DNA from: Candidatus Eiseniibacteriota bacterium
GTDB lineage: Bacteria; Eisenbacteria; RBG-16-71-46
Assembly: GCA_031370785.1 (NCBI GenBank)
Contig: JANMQY010000069.1
Span: 1-35,221, forward strand
Direction: 5' to 3'
DNA: 35,221 nt
The notes under the pieces: generated by a model
Told to the model about the DNA's origin: nothing
Database searches by the model: none
The model's input: the letters and a program-made list of their open reading frames with translations, nothing else
Shown here: piece by piece, positions 18,084 to 28,800 of the stretch
Layout: every line of letters starts with the position of its first letter
How positions within the stretch are numbered: position 1 is the first letter of the stretch
Translations under genes and position numbers: made by a program

Positions 18084-18971
18084 ATGCCATTTCTGACCCT
18101 CGGCGGCTGGCGCATCCACACGCTCGAGACCGGATTTCTATGGCTCGATGGCGGCTCGATGTTCGGCTCGGTGCCGAAGGCGCTGTGGAGCCGCCTGCAC
18201 GCTTCCGACCCGCAGAACCGCATCCGGCTCGCGATGCGATGCCTGCTGCTCGTGCGCGAGCAACGCCGGGTGCTGGTGGACGTCGGGGTCGGCGACAAGC
18301 TCTCGCCCAAGCTCATGGAGATCTACCGGGTGGAGCTGGGCGAGCACACGCTCGAGCGCGCTCTGTCGGCGCTCGACCTCGGAGTCGACGACGTGACCGA
18401 CGTCGTGCTCACTCATCTGCACTTCGATCACGCGGCCGGCGCCACCCGGATCACGGGCGGCTCGCTGCGCCCGCGATTGCCGAAGGCCCGATACCACGTT
18501 CAGCGCCGTAACCTCGAGAATGCGCGTCACCCCAATCCACGGGAGCGCGTGTCCTACATGTCTGAGAACTTCGAGCCGCTGGCCGAAGCCGGAGTGCTCG
18601 ATCTGGTGGACGGCGCGCAGACGCTGTGGCCGGGCTTCGAAGTGTTCACGGCCGAGGGACACACCCGCGGGCAGCAGCTGGTGCGGGTGAGTGGCCCCGA
18701 GGGCGCGCTGTACTACGTCGCCGATCTGATCCCGACCGCGGCCCACGTGCGGATTCCGTTCGTCATGGGCTACGACGTCGCCGCGATCGAAACCATGGAG
18801 GAGAAACGCGCCCTGCTCTCGCGGGCGACTGCGGAGCGGGCGTGGGTGTGCCTCGAGCACGATCCGGAGGTGGCGCTTGCCCGGCCGGTGGCCGAAGGCG
18901 ACGATTTCGCGTGGGAAGAAACCGTACCGGCATCGCAGCGCGAGATCTCCCCGGCGGCCGGTCCGCGCTGA
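18084..18971 (+). CDS. MBL-fold metallo-hydrolase, YtnP-like
   Basis: LDGGSMFGSVPKALW, THLHFDHA (HxHxDH), GHTRG, ADLIP, MGYD, EHDP. Confidence 0.92.
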   Translation: MPFLTLGGWRIHTLETGFLWLDGGSMFGSVPKALWSRLHASDPQNRIRLAMRCLLLVREQRRVLVDVGVGDKLSPKLMEIYRVELGEHTLERALSALDLGVDDVTDVVLTHLHFDHAAGATRITGGSLRPRLPKARYHVQRRNLENARHPNPRERVSYMSENFEPLAEAGVLDLVDGAQTLWPGFEVFTAEGHTRGQQLVRVSGPEGALYYVADLIPTAAHVRIPFVMGYDVAAIETMEEKRALLSRATAERAWVCLEHDPEVALARPVAEGDDFAWEETVPASQREISPAAGPR

Positions 18972-18972
18972 C

Positions 18973-19632
18973 ATGTTTCACTCCCTGCTCGCCACCTGGT
19001 TCCGGCTCTCGCTCGAGTGGGGCTACCTCGGGGTGTTCCTGCTCATGGCGCTCGAGTCGACGGTGTTCCCGCTCCCGAGCGAGGTCGTCATCCCGCCTGC
19101 GGCATACTGGGCGTCGCAGGGGCATCTGCACTTCTGGGGCGTGGTCGTCGCCGGGGCGCTCGGCTCGTGGTTCGGCTCGGCGCTCTCCTATTGGGTGGCG
19201 CGTGCGGTGGGACGGCCGCTCATTCTGAAATATGGGCGCTACGTTTTCGTGCCCGAGCACAAGTGGCTGCTCGCCGAGCGCTGGATCCAGAACTATTCGG
19301 CCGGCGGAATCTTCTTCGCGCGCATGCTGCCGGTGGTGCGCCATCTGGTGTCGCTGCCGGCCGGCGCGGCGCGCATGCGATTCTCGACGTTCTCGATCAT
19401 GACCCTGCTCGGCTCGTTCGTATGGTGCGCGGTGCTGGCGTGGTTCGGCGTGCAGGTGTTGTCCGGGCAGCCCGATCTGATGAACGATCCGGCGGCGCTG
19501 GTGCACGTGCTCAAGACGAAGCTGCTGTGGTTCGTCGCCGCGGTCGTGGTCATGCTTGCGCTCTACCTGGCGGTAGGCATGATCGGTCGACGGCTCGGAG
19601 CCGCATCCACCCAGGAATCCGAGACACCCTGA
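18973..19632 (+). CDS. DedA family membrane protein
   Basis: GYLGVFLLMALESTVFPLPSEVVIPPA; FFARMLPVVRHLVSLPAG. Confidence 0.93.
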   Translation: MFHSLLATWFRLSLEWGYLGVFLLMALESTVFPLPSEVVIPPAAYWASQGHLHFWGVVVAGALGSWFGSALSYWVARAVGRPLILKYGRYVFVPEHKWLLAERWIQNYSAGGIFFARMLPVVRHLVSLPAGAARMRFSTFSIMTLLGSFVWCAVLAWFGVQVLSGQPDLMNDPAALVHVLKTKLLWFVAAVVVMLALYLAVGMIGRRLGAASTQESETP

Positions 19633-19669
19633 GCGCCTGCGCGGGCGCAAACTCGATAGGATCCCGGTC

Positions 19670-20761
19670 ATGCCGCAACTCGAACTCGATCAGGTGACCA
19701 AGTCGTTCGGCCCGGGCGCTCCGGCGGTGGATCGCCTGAGCCTGCGCGTCGCAGATGGCGAATTCCTCGTGATGGTCGGACCTTCGGGCTGCGGCAAGTC
19801 CACCGCGCTGCGGATGATCGCCGGGCTCGAAGAGGTGACGTCGGGCACCATCCGCATCGGAGAGCGCGTGGTGAACGAAGTTCCGCCGCGCGACCGGGAC
19901 ATCGCGATGGTGTTCCAGAACTACGCGCTCTATCCGCATCTCACCGTATTCGAGAACCTGGCGTTCGGCCTCCGCCGGCGCAAGGTGCCCGAGGCCGAAG
20001 TCACGCGGCGGGTGCGCGAGACCGCGGCCACGCTCGGCCTCGAGCGCTACCTCGACCGGCGGCCACGCGCGCTGTCGGGCGGAGAGCGCCAGCGCGTCGC
20101 GCTCGGCCGCGCCATGGTGCGCGAGCCGCTGGTGTTCCTGTTCGACGAGCCGCTCTCCAACCTCGACGCGCGGCTGCGCGTGCAGATGCGCGGCGAGATC
20201 AAGCGTCTGCACCAGCGCGTGCGTGCGACCATGGTCTACGTGACCCACGATCAGGTGGAGGCGATGACGCTCGGCGACCGGATCGCGGTGTTGAAAAGCG
20301 GCGTACTCCAGCAGGTGGCGGATCCATTCACCCTGTACCGCGAGCCAGTCAACACCTTCGTCGCCGGCTTCATCGGCAGCCCACCGATTAACCTGGTGAC
20401 CGGGTCGGTCTCGGCGGATGGCGAGCCTGCGCTCCTCTTCGATGGCCATCGAGTGCGCCTGAGCGACCCGATCGCTGCCCGGCTCGCATCGCAACGGGGC
20501 GGAAATGTGATCGTCGGCGTGCGACCCGAGGACCTCTCGATCGCGAGCGCCGCGGGCGACATGTTCAGTCTGCCCGCTGTAGTGGATGTGTGCGAGCCGC
20601 TCGGCAACGAGACCCTGGTCTACTGGAAGACCGCGGGAGGGCCGGTGGTGTCGCGCCAGCCGGGCCTCGATGTCCCGCGCATGGGCGATCGGGCCATGCT
20701 GGTTGCCCCCTTTACCGCCTTGCGCTTCTTCGACTTGGCGACCGAGGGCGCCATTCCCTAG
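19670..20761 (+). CDS. Carbohydrate ABC transporter ATP-binding subunit (MalK/UgpC family)
   Basis: Walker A GPSGCGKS; VFQNYALYPH; LSGGERQR; FDEPLSNLD; YVTHDQVEAM; C-terminal TOBE-like region. Confidence 0.95.
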   Translation: MPQLELDQVTKSFGPGAPAVDRLSLRVADGEFLVMVGPSGCGKSTALRMIAGLEEVTSGTIRIGERVVNEVPPRDRDIAMVFQNYALYPHLTVFENLAFGLRRRKVPEAEVTRRVRETAATLGLERYLDRRPRALSGGERQRVALGRAMVREPLVFLFDEPLSNLDARLRVQMRGEIKRLHQRVRATMVYVTHDQVEAMTLGDRIAVLKSGVLQQVADPFTLYREPVNTFVAGFIGSPPINLVTGSVSADGEPALLFDGHRVRLSDPIAARLASQRGGNVIVGVRPEDLSIASAAGDMFSLPAVVDVCEPLGNETLVYWKTAGGPVVSRQPGLDVPRMGDRAMLVAPFTALRFFDLATEGAIP

Positions 20762-20965
20762 GCCGCCGCGCCCCTCCGGTTCGCGGCCCGGGAACACATC
20801 CATCAACACTCGCTGCGCGCCTGACAGGGCGGCGGAATGAGGGACACTTTCGCGGCATGTCGGTCAGGCGCGCGCCTCGCGCCCCGATCCTGCGATGCGA
20901 CGGCTAGGGACCCTCACCTTTCTCTCCGGCGCGGCTCTCTCCAACGCCCGCGCGCGGTTTAAATC

Positions 20966-21000
20966 TTGACAGTACGCGCGTCGTTTGTAATCGTTTACAT
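20966..21000 (+). promoter_or_regulatory. Promoter of the glycan utilisation locus with overlapping LacI-family operator
   Basis: Perfect -35 TTGACA (20966-20971) in an AT-rich patch; near-palindrome TGTAATCGTTTACA (20986-20999) with central CG, typical of LacI-family operators, covers the expected -10 position. Confidence 0.8.
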
Positions 21001-21155
21001 CACAACAAATCGAGCGCGAAGGCTCGTGATTGGCGAAGCAGATCGCGGTGCGATCCGTACGCCCCTCCCTGCACGTCCAGCCTCTCGAATGTCCATCCTT
21101 GCCGTGCCCGTCGCCGAGACCGGCGATGTGCCCTCGAACTCCAGGAGGCCCAGCC

Positions 21156-23054
21156 ATGAGAGCAGGATTCACCGCCACCCTGATCGTAGGCGCGCTCGCG
21201 TCCACGGCGCTCAACGCCTTTGCGTATCCGCCACGCCAGGACCTGATCTGGGCACGCTCGACCCTGGGCGCCCCGATCACCCTCGACGGCAAGCTCGACG
21301 AGGCCGCCTGGGCCTCTGCCGAATCCCACGTGATCCAGTACAGGGTGGACAGCGGAATCCCCGGCAGCGGCTGGCAGGAAGAAGGCGGGCTCCTCGCGAC
21401 CGACAGGACCAACGCCGTGCTCAAGTTCCTGGTGGTCGGCAATCAGCTGTACATGGGCGCGGTCATCAACGACAAGTCCATCGGCGGTTCGACCCAGTTC
21501 AACCGCTTCGACGGGCTCCTGATGGCGATCAAGGATCACTCGCTCGGGGCTCATCCGGCACCGCCCGCCGAGTATCTCTACTCGTGGTGGAACGATCAGG
21601 ACCCCAACGCGACGGATCCCGGCAAGATGCCGATCTTCATCGGCGCGTGGGCGAACCTGCCTCACGGCAGCCCGCGCTCGCAGGAGCAGATCGACAACTG
21701 GGACGCGGTCACGGTCGTGCACGGCACCACCAACACCGATGCGGTCGACGATACCAGCTACGTGGTCGAGATGCGCTTCAACCTGACGCCGATGGGCTAC
21801 GACGTGACCCAGCCGAGCGGCGATACCGTCGAGTGGAACGGCTCGATCTACGACTGTGACTGGATCTGGCCGACGCTCAACCCGACCAAGTTCAGCGTGA
21901 ATCGCACCTGGTGGCAGAGCCCGTGGGGCAACGATCACTGGTACCACGAGGTGCGCATCCGCGCGCGGCCCGACGTGACCATCAGCTCCGGTCCCGCTCC
22001 CGAGGTTCCGCCCGAGCTGATCATTCCGAATGCCGCGGGGTACCTGCCGCCGGCGGTCGACGGCTCGCTGACCGAGCCGGTCTGGGCCGCCGCGCCTTCC
22101 TTCGACATCCGCTACGGCGATGACGTGCTGCGCGCCTCCTACCCGGGCGTGGCCCAGTGGCGCGCCGGCCAGTTCCAGCCGACGGTCAACGGCGCCGTCG
22201 CGGCGGTGCTCGATCCGGGCAATTGCACCGTGAAGTACTTCTTCAAGGAGGACACGCTCTACCTGGGATTCGACGTGCGGGATCAGGTCGTCCAGTACCA
22301 CAGCCTGTTCGATCGCTGGGACGGCTTCCTCGTCTCGATCAATGACCGTGGCTCGGTCAATCGCGATCATGTCCTGAATCCCCGGCGGCTGACGTTCCAG
22401 GTCGGACCGACAGGGCAGGCGCTCGCGCGCGACTACCTGCCGTACCTGCGTGACACCCTGTTCGGGGCGAAGGTCGCGATCCATCTCAATCCGGGCACGG
22501 TCGTGGACACGATCGGCGACACCGCCGACAACGGCTACACCGCCGAACTGGCCCTCGATCTGACCAAGCTGGGATATCCACACGGGCGGGGCGACGGACT
22601 GGTGTTCCTCGGGATCGATCTTCTCGATGGCGACTCCTTCCAGCCCATCACCGACAGCTATGGGACCCGCACCTGGTGGTTCCGCGAGTACGAGGGCGAG
22701 GCGAGCTCCAGCTGGGCGTACATGGATGTGGGCACGGGGGTGACTGCGGTCGGCGACCTGGCGAAACCGGGCACGGTCGCGCTGCGCGGCAACTATCCGA
22801 ATCCGTTCGGCCGGTTCACGACCCTGCGCTTCTCGCTCACCCGGCCGAGCCGGGTCGGGCTCGAGGTGTACGATGTCCAGGGTCGAATGGTGTCGCAACA
22901 GGACCTGGGGATCATGACGGCCGGCGATCATCAAAGGGCCTTCGGTGCGCCGGGCCTCGTGACCGGTCTCTACCTGTACCGTCTCAAGGTGGCCGATCCC
23001 ACCGGCGGTTCGCCCGGCTCAGTCCTGACGGGCAAGATGATGTTCGTGAAGTGA
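21156..23054 (+). CDS. Secreted protein with two CBM9/DOMON-like sugar-binding modules and T9SS-type CTD
   Basis: SD AGGAGG before ATG 21156; internal duplication (ITLDGKLDEAAWASA / AVDGSLTEPVWAAA; YVVEMRFNLTPMGY / YTAELALDLTKLGY); tail NYPNPF...VYDVQGR...GLYLYRL...GKMMFVK. Confidence 0.8.
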   Translation: MRAGFTATLIVGALASTALNAFAYPPRQDLIWARSTLGAPITLDGKLDEAAWASAESHVIQYRVDSGIPGSGWQEEGGLLATDRTNAVLKFLVVGNQLYMGAVINDKSIGGSTQFNRFDGLLMAIKDHSLGAHPAPPAEYLYSWWNDQDPNATDPGKMPIFIGAWANLPHGSPRSQEQIDNWDAVTVVHGTTNTDAVDDTSYVVEMRFNLTPMGYDVTQPSGDTVEWNGSIYDCDWIWPTLNPTKFSVNRTWWQSPWGNDHWYHEVRIRARPDVTISSGPAPEVPPELIIPNAAGYLPPAVDGSLTEPVWAAAPSFDIRYGDDVLRASYPGVAQWRAGQFQPTVNGAVAAVLDPGNCTVKYFFKEDTLYLGFDVRDQVVQYHSLFDRWDGFLVSINDRGSVNRDHVLNPRRLTFQVGPTGQALARDYLPYLRDTLFGAKVAIHLNPGTVVDTIGDTADNGYTAELALDLTKLGYPHGRGDGLVFLGIDLLDGDSFQPITDSYGTRTWWFREYEGEASSSWAYMDVGTGVTAVGDLAKPGTVALRGNYPNPFGRFTTLRFSLTRPSRVGLEVYDVQGRMVSQQDLGIMTAGDHQRAFGAPGLVTGLYLYRLKVADPTGGSPGSVLTGKMMFVK

Positions 23055-23169
23055 GCCGTTCGGCAGCGTTCCTGAACTAGGCTGCTTGCGGTCGCACCTC
23101 GAGGCCGGGCGGGAGACGAATCCGCCCGGCTCGCGGTTGCAAGGCCGGCGAGACAGCCAGAGGGCGGGC

Positions 23170-25830
23170 GTGAGGGCGAGCACACGCGTGCGTGGATGGA
23201 GACGGTCGCTCGCCGGAGTCGCCTGCGCGATTCCCTTGCTCGCTGCATCCGCGAGCGCCGGCACCACCGGCCGCCTGAGCGGCCGGGTGGTGGATGCGAA
23301 GAACCAGCCGCTCGTCGCGGTCAACGTGGCGATTCCCGCGGCCCGCCTCGGCGCGATCACCGATTCCGACGGCGGCTACACCATCATGAATCTGCCCGCC
23401 GGGACCTACAACGTGCGCGTCAGCCTGCTGGGCTACGGTCCCAAGATGATCCAGGGCGTCGATGTGACCTCGGACAACACCACGCGGCTGGACGTGTCCC
23501 TCGTGGAAGCGCCGGTCGAGATGAAGGAGGTCGTGGTCAACGCGAAGCGGCCGGTGGTGAACGTGAACCTGACCAGCAACCTCGCCACCGTGAGCCGCGC
23601 CGAGATCCAGAAGCTGCCGGTGCAGGAGCTGAGCCAGCTGGTGGAGCTGCAGGCCGGCGTGGTGAGCCAGGGCGGGGACCTGCACTTCCGTGGCGGCCGG
23701 GGCGGCGAGGTGCAGTACCAGGTCGACGGAGTGTCGGTGAACAACAGCTTCGACAACAAGTCCATCCTTCACCTCGACCGATCGATCCTGCAGGAAGTGC
23801 AGGTGATCACCGGGACCTTCGACGCCGAATACGGACAGGCGATGAGCGGTGTGGTCAACGCGGTGCTGCGGCGCGGCACCGACCAGTTCGAGTGGGACGC
23901 CGAGAGCATGGTCGGCGGCTGGATGGCGCCGCGCGCGCACGGGCGCATCGACGTTCCGCGCGCCTACCCCGGCGACGTGCTGAATTTCCAGATCAGCGCG
24001 AGTGGCCCCACGCGGATGCCCGCGACCACCTACCTGGTGAACCTGCGGCGCGGCGTGAACAAAGACTGGGCGCGCAGCATGCGCGTATTCCAGCCGACGC
24101 GCGATCTGTCCCTCACCGGAACCAAGTACCTGCGGCCCGATGGCGACAAGGAGCGCGAGCCGCTCGGCTTCTCGGGTGAGTGGTCCGGGGTGCTCAAGCT
24201 ATCCAATCGTTCGCTGAAAAACGTCGAGCTCAACTACCAGGCGGTCCCGAACTACATCAACGGACAGCGCGGGCAGTGGGTCTGGCACGTGAATCCCGAC
24301 GGAATGACCGAACAGCGCACGATCTCGGTGGCACACGGCGTGGATGGGACCTGGACCCTGGGTAAATCGAGCTACCTCAACTTCATCGCCCGCGAAAACT
24401 ACTTCAACTATCGGGACATGAAGTACACGGACCTCTACGATCCGCGCTACGACGTCGCGGGGGGTGCGGTCGGCTCCCCGAATTACGCCGACGGCGCCAA
24501 CTACGCAGGTGTCGATCTGGGTCGCTTCACGCAGACCACCAACGCGCTGGTGCTCAAGAGTTCCTACGCCAATGACCTGAATCGCAAGAATCATCTGAAG
24601 GTCGGCGCCGAAACCCAGTGGTCGGTGATTCGCTTCGGCCATCCCGGATACCTCATCTATACGACGGTCGACAATGCGCAGCAGCTGGTGCGTTTCCAGT
24701 CCCGGCCTGATCTGCCGGCGGTCAGCGAGTACCAACCGGTGATGGGCGCGGCCTTCGTGCAGGACGAGATCGAGTGGGAGGACCTGCACGTGCGCGCGGG
24801 CTTCCGCTTCGACTTCTTCGACGCGCGCTCGACGTTGCCGAGCGATCTTGCGAATCCGGCGAATTCGATCGCCGGGGCTCCCGCATCCGTGCCGGTCCCG
24901 ACCACGGTCAAGTCCACCATCTCGCCTCGGATCGGAGTTTCGTATCCGGTCACGAAGGAATCGTCGCTGTACTTCGCGTACGGTCACTTCTACCAGATGC
25001 CGGCGCTGCGCGACATCTTCGACAACGCCGACTACTCGACGTTGAAAGATCTGCAGGCGCGGGTCAGCTACAGGGTCATGGGCAATCCGGACATTCGTCC
25101 GGAGCGCACCGTGCAGTACCAGTTCGGATACAAGCAGGCGATCACCGAGAATCTGGGACTGGACGTAAACGCCTTCTACAAGGACGTCCGCGACCTGCTC
25201 GGGACCGAGTTCATCTCGACCTACAACGATGCCGAGTACGCTCGGCTCGCGAATACGGATTTTGGAAGCGTTATCGGTGTGACCGTGGCGGTAGACCAGC
25301 GCAAGCTCGGGCCGATCAGCCTCGCATTGGACTACACCTGGCAGCTCGCGCAGGGCGATGCCAGCGATCCGCGCGAGACCGCGACGCGCGCGTCTCAGGG
25401 GCTCGACGCGAGGCCGCGGCAGATCCCGTTCAACTGGGATCAACGCCATACGCTCAACCTCACCACGTCGCTCGCGAAACCCGACGGGTATTCGGTGAGC
25501 AGTGTGCTGCGAGTCGCGAGCGGCCAGCCCTACACGCCGAGCAACTCGCTCGGTTACGGCCTCGAGGACAACTCGGGACGCAAGCCGCTCTCGTGGGTGC
25601 TCGATCTGCGCGGCGAGTCTCCGCTGCGCTTCTCGAGTCTCGCGATGCGAGGTTTCGCACGCGTGTTCAACGTGTTCGACACACGGTTCTTCAACGGCAG
25701 CGTGTTCGGGAGCTCTGGAAATCCGTATCAGTCCAGCAGTATCTCGGACCGAACCGCGCTCGGCGACCCGACCCGCTTCTACCCGCCGCGCCGGATCGAG
25801 ATCGGCGTGACCATGGGAGACGCGAAATGA
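23170..25830 (+). CDS. TonB-dependent receptor with N-terminal carboxypeptidase-regulatory-like domain
   Basis: Signal peptide then GTTGRLSGRVVD; plug HFRGGRGGEVQYQVDG and GTFDAEYGQAMSGVVN; barrel motifs SPRIGVSYPV, GNPDIRPERT. Start uncertain (GTG 23170 or 23188; ORF open from 23086). Confidence 0.92.
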   Translation: MRASTRVRGWRRSLAGVACAIPLLAASASAGTTGRLSGRVVDAKNQPLVAVNVAIPAARLGAITDSDGGYTIMNLPAGTYNVRVSLLGYGPKMIQGVDVTSDNTTRLDVSLVEAPVEMKEVVVNAKRPVVNVNLTSNLATVSRAEIQKLPVQELSQLVELQAGVVSQGGDLHFRGGRGGEVQYQVDGVSVNNSFDNKSILHLDRSILQEVQVITGTFDAEYGQAMSGVVNAVLRRGTDQFEWDAESMVGGWMAPRAHGRIDVPRAYPGDVLNFQISASGPTRMPATTYLVNLRRGVNKDWARSMRVFQPTRDLSLTGTKYLRPDGDKEREPLGFSGEWSGVLKLSNRSLKNVELNYQAVPNYINGQRGQWVWHVNPDGMTEQRTISVAHGVDGTWTLGKSSYLNFIARENYFNYRDMKYTDLYDPRYDVAGGAVGSPNYADGANYAGVDLGRFTQTTNALVLKSSYANDLNRKNHLKVGAETQWSVIRFGHPGYLIYTTVDNAQQLVRFQSRPDLPAVSEYQPVMGAAFVQDEIEWEDLHVRAGFRFDFFDARSTLPSDLANPANSIAGAPASVPVPTTVKSTISPRIGVSYPVTKESSLYFAYGHFYQMPALRDIFDNADYSTLKDLQARVSYRVMGNPDIRPERTVQYQFGYKQAITENLGLDVNAFYKDVRDLLGTEFISTYNDAEYARLANTDFGSVIGVTVAVDQRKLGPISLALDYTWQLAQGDASDPRETATRASQGLDARPRQIPFNWDQRHTLNLTTSLAKPDGYSVSSVLRVASGQPYTPSNSLGYGLEDNSGRKPLSWVLDLRGESPLRFSSLAMRGFARVFNVFDTRFFNGSVFGSSGNPYQSSSISDRTALGDPTRFYPPRRIEIGVTMGDAK

Positions 25831-28800
25831 GCGGCCGCATGCTCCGCCTTTCTGCTTTCGCGTCGCTAAGCGTGGCGCTTCTCGCGCTGGCGGCCTCGCG
25901 CGGTGCGGCGCAGCCCCTGCCGGTGGTCCCGAAGGCTCAGCGCAGCCAGATCGGCTCCGAGCGCAGCGGACTCCATGACGCCGCGAACATCCGCACCGTG
26001 TTCTGGAATTTCGGAATGGTCGGCGACTATCCGTCCGACCCGGGCAACGTGGACCTCAGCGTCTTCCACTCGGTCGAAGTGCCGAAAGGCTCGGGCATGA
26101 ACTATTCGGACGGAACCACGCCTTTCGTGCTCGCAAGGCGCGTGCAGCCCGACTCGAGCGTGTTCTTCATCATGGAGACCGGCTTCCGCGAGCGACAGGG
26201 GATCAGTCCGTACACCAATCGTCAGATGCGCTTCGAGCCGCGTCCCGGCTTCTTTCAGGCCGATCCCACGATCAACCAGGGCAGATCCCCGGCGGTAAGC
26301 AGCGATCCGCGCACCTGGCCGGACTTCTGGCCGGATCGGGTGAACGATCCCGACGATTCGGGCTGGCGCGGATCGTGGAACGGCTACTTCGGCAAGCGCC
26401 CGGCGGCGGACCAGGAAAGCTACTCGGTCATGGACGACGATGCGTTCGACGCGTGGCCTTCGTTCCTTCCCGACAGTCGCGATGCCACCCGGCGTGGCCT
26501 GGCGCTCCGTGTCGAGGTGCGTGGCTTCCAATGGTCCAATCCACAGGCCGGAAACGTGATCTTCTGGCACTACGACATCACCAACGAAGGCACCACCGAC
26601 TACGACGACGACATCATCTTCGGCATGTACATGGACTCGGGCGTCGGCGGCTCCTCGATCTCGTGCGACGGGATCTTCGAGTCCGATGACGACAATGCCA
26701 ACTTCGACCGGACCCAGGGCCTGAATCTGGTCTACACCTGGGACAAGAACGGCCACGGCCGCGATCTCTCGGGCCCGTGCGGAAAGACCGGCTACCTTGG
26801 GTACGCCTATCTCGAGACCCCGGGCAATTCGAGCGACGGTGTCGACAACGATCGCGACGGAATCAAGGACGAGCGGCGCGACGGGGGTCCCGGCATCCAG
26901 ATCTTCGGGCAGGCCGCGATCCTCGCGTATCTCGCGGCCAACTACGACACCGCGGCATTCATCGGCCACTATGGACCGCTCGCGGACCGGCCGGCCTACC
27001 GCGCGGGCGTGTGGTGGACCGGGGATGAGGACCTGGACTGGCGCGCCGACCTCAACGACGTGGGCACCGACGGCGTCAAGGACACGGGCGACACCGGCGA
27101 GGGAGACGGCATACCCACCGAAGGCGAGCCCAACTTCGACCGGACCGACATCGATGAGTCCGATCAGATCGGCCTGACCGGCTTCAAGATGAACCGCATC
27201 CGCGCCGGGCAGGGCAATCCGGATCCGACCGCCGACGACATCGTGTTCTACGACAACCCGAAGCACTGGCCCGAGACGCTGTGGGAACAGTTCACCAATT
27301 CGAACCCGGCAGCACGCTTCGACCCGCCCCTGCAGGAGAACTACAACATCGGGTTCCTCTTTGCCTCCGGGCCTTTCAAGCTCAAGGCCGGAAAGCGCGA
27401 GCGCTTCAGTCTCGCTCTCGCCTACGGCGCCGATCTGACCGAGCTGCGCGACAACGTGAAGACGGTCCAGCTGATCTACAACGCGAACTACCAGTTCGCG
27501 ACGCCCCCGGTGATCCCCACCGTGAGCGCCGAGGCCGGTGACCACTACGTGCGCCTGAGCTGGGATGACGTCGCCGAGCGCTCGTTCGACCCGGTAACCA
27601 ATGCTTACGACTTCGAGGGTTATCGTATCTATCGATCGACCGATCCGGACTTCCTCGATCCCAAGGTGATGGTGTCGGGGCGCGGAAACCCGCTGAATCA
27701 GCTCAACGGAAAGCCAATGGCGCAGATCGACCTGGCGGACGGACGGCGCGGCTATTCGAACATCGCGATCGAGGGCCTCGCATACTGGCTCGGCGATGAC
27801 ACCGGCCTCACGCACACCTGGGTCGACACCACGGCGGTGAATGGGCAGCAGTACTACTACGCGGTGTGCGCGTACGACTACGGGTTCGATCCCGCGATCG
27901 ACTCGACTGCGGCGCTCAACGGCTTCAAGCTGCCGGCGATCTATCCGAGCGAGGACCCGATCTCGATCTCGCGCACCCCGCGCGGGGGAATCATCTACCC
28001 GCCCAACGCGGTCGCGGTGCGTCCCAATCCACGGGTGCCAGGCTTCGAAAAGGCGAGCGTGGGACCGATCGCCCACGTTGCGGGCGACGGCACCGGACAG
28101 GTGGAAGTGCGGGTGGTGAACACCGACGAGGTCCCCGACGGTCACCTGTTCAAGATCGAGTTCACCGCGCCAGCGCCGGAGAGCATCCGGGCCACCGCAT
28201 ACTCGTTTACCGACAGCACCACCGGGCGGGTCCTGTTCACGACCGGCGCCGATCTGGACGGCGAGGGCACCGGGCCCGCGGCCTCGGGGCTGCTGCCGGT
28301 GATCTCGACCGGACCGTACGTGACGGTGGATTCGGCGAGTGCGTTCCGGCAGGGATATGTGACCAACACCCTGCTCAAGGCGGCCTACCAGACCACAGGC
28401 CGCCCGATCAACCAGCGACGCGACGGATTTCCCAACGACATGCGTATCGACTTCGACGACGTGGTGCAGGATACCGGAATCGCGCTCGGGGTCGGGTTCA
28501 CGGTCCCCCGGCCGGCGAAGTTCCGGGTCTACGCGCTGACGCCGCAGGGCGACCGGCAGCTCGACTTCCGATTCCGTGATCTCGACGCCAGCACCACTCT
28601 GAATCGCGCCGACGAGTGGATCGACATCTTGACCGGTCCCGGGCCCCCGTGGACGACGACCGACGTGACCTGGCGCGTCCAGCTCGACACGCTGGGCCAG
28701 GGGGTGCGCGGCCCGATTCGGGCGCCGGGCCTGGGCGATGTCTACGACCTCAAGATCCGCCGTCCGCTCAATGCGTCCGATGTGTTCGTGTTCCGGACCG

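Noticed and set aside
24774..25826. 1460-aa version of the large protein
   Set aside because: The first 351 codons overlap the TBDR out of frame; the signal peptide begins at ATG 25827.
21000..28145. Long antisense ORFs opposite the glycan locus (21000-22934, 24199-25449, 25866-28145)
   Set aside because: Same shadow-frame artefact; the plus-strand genes carry clear family motifs.
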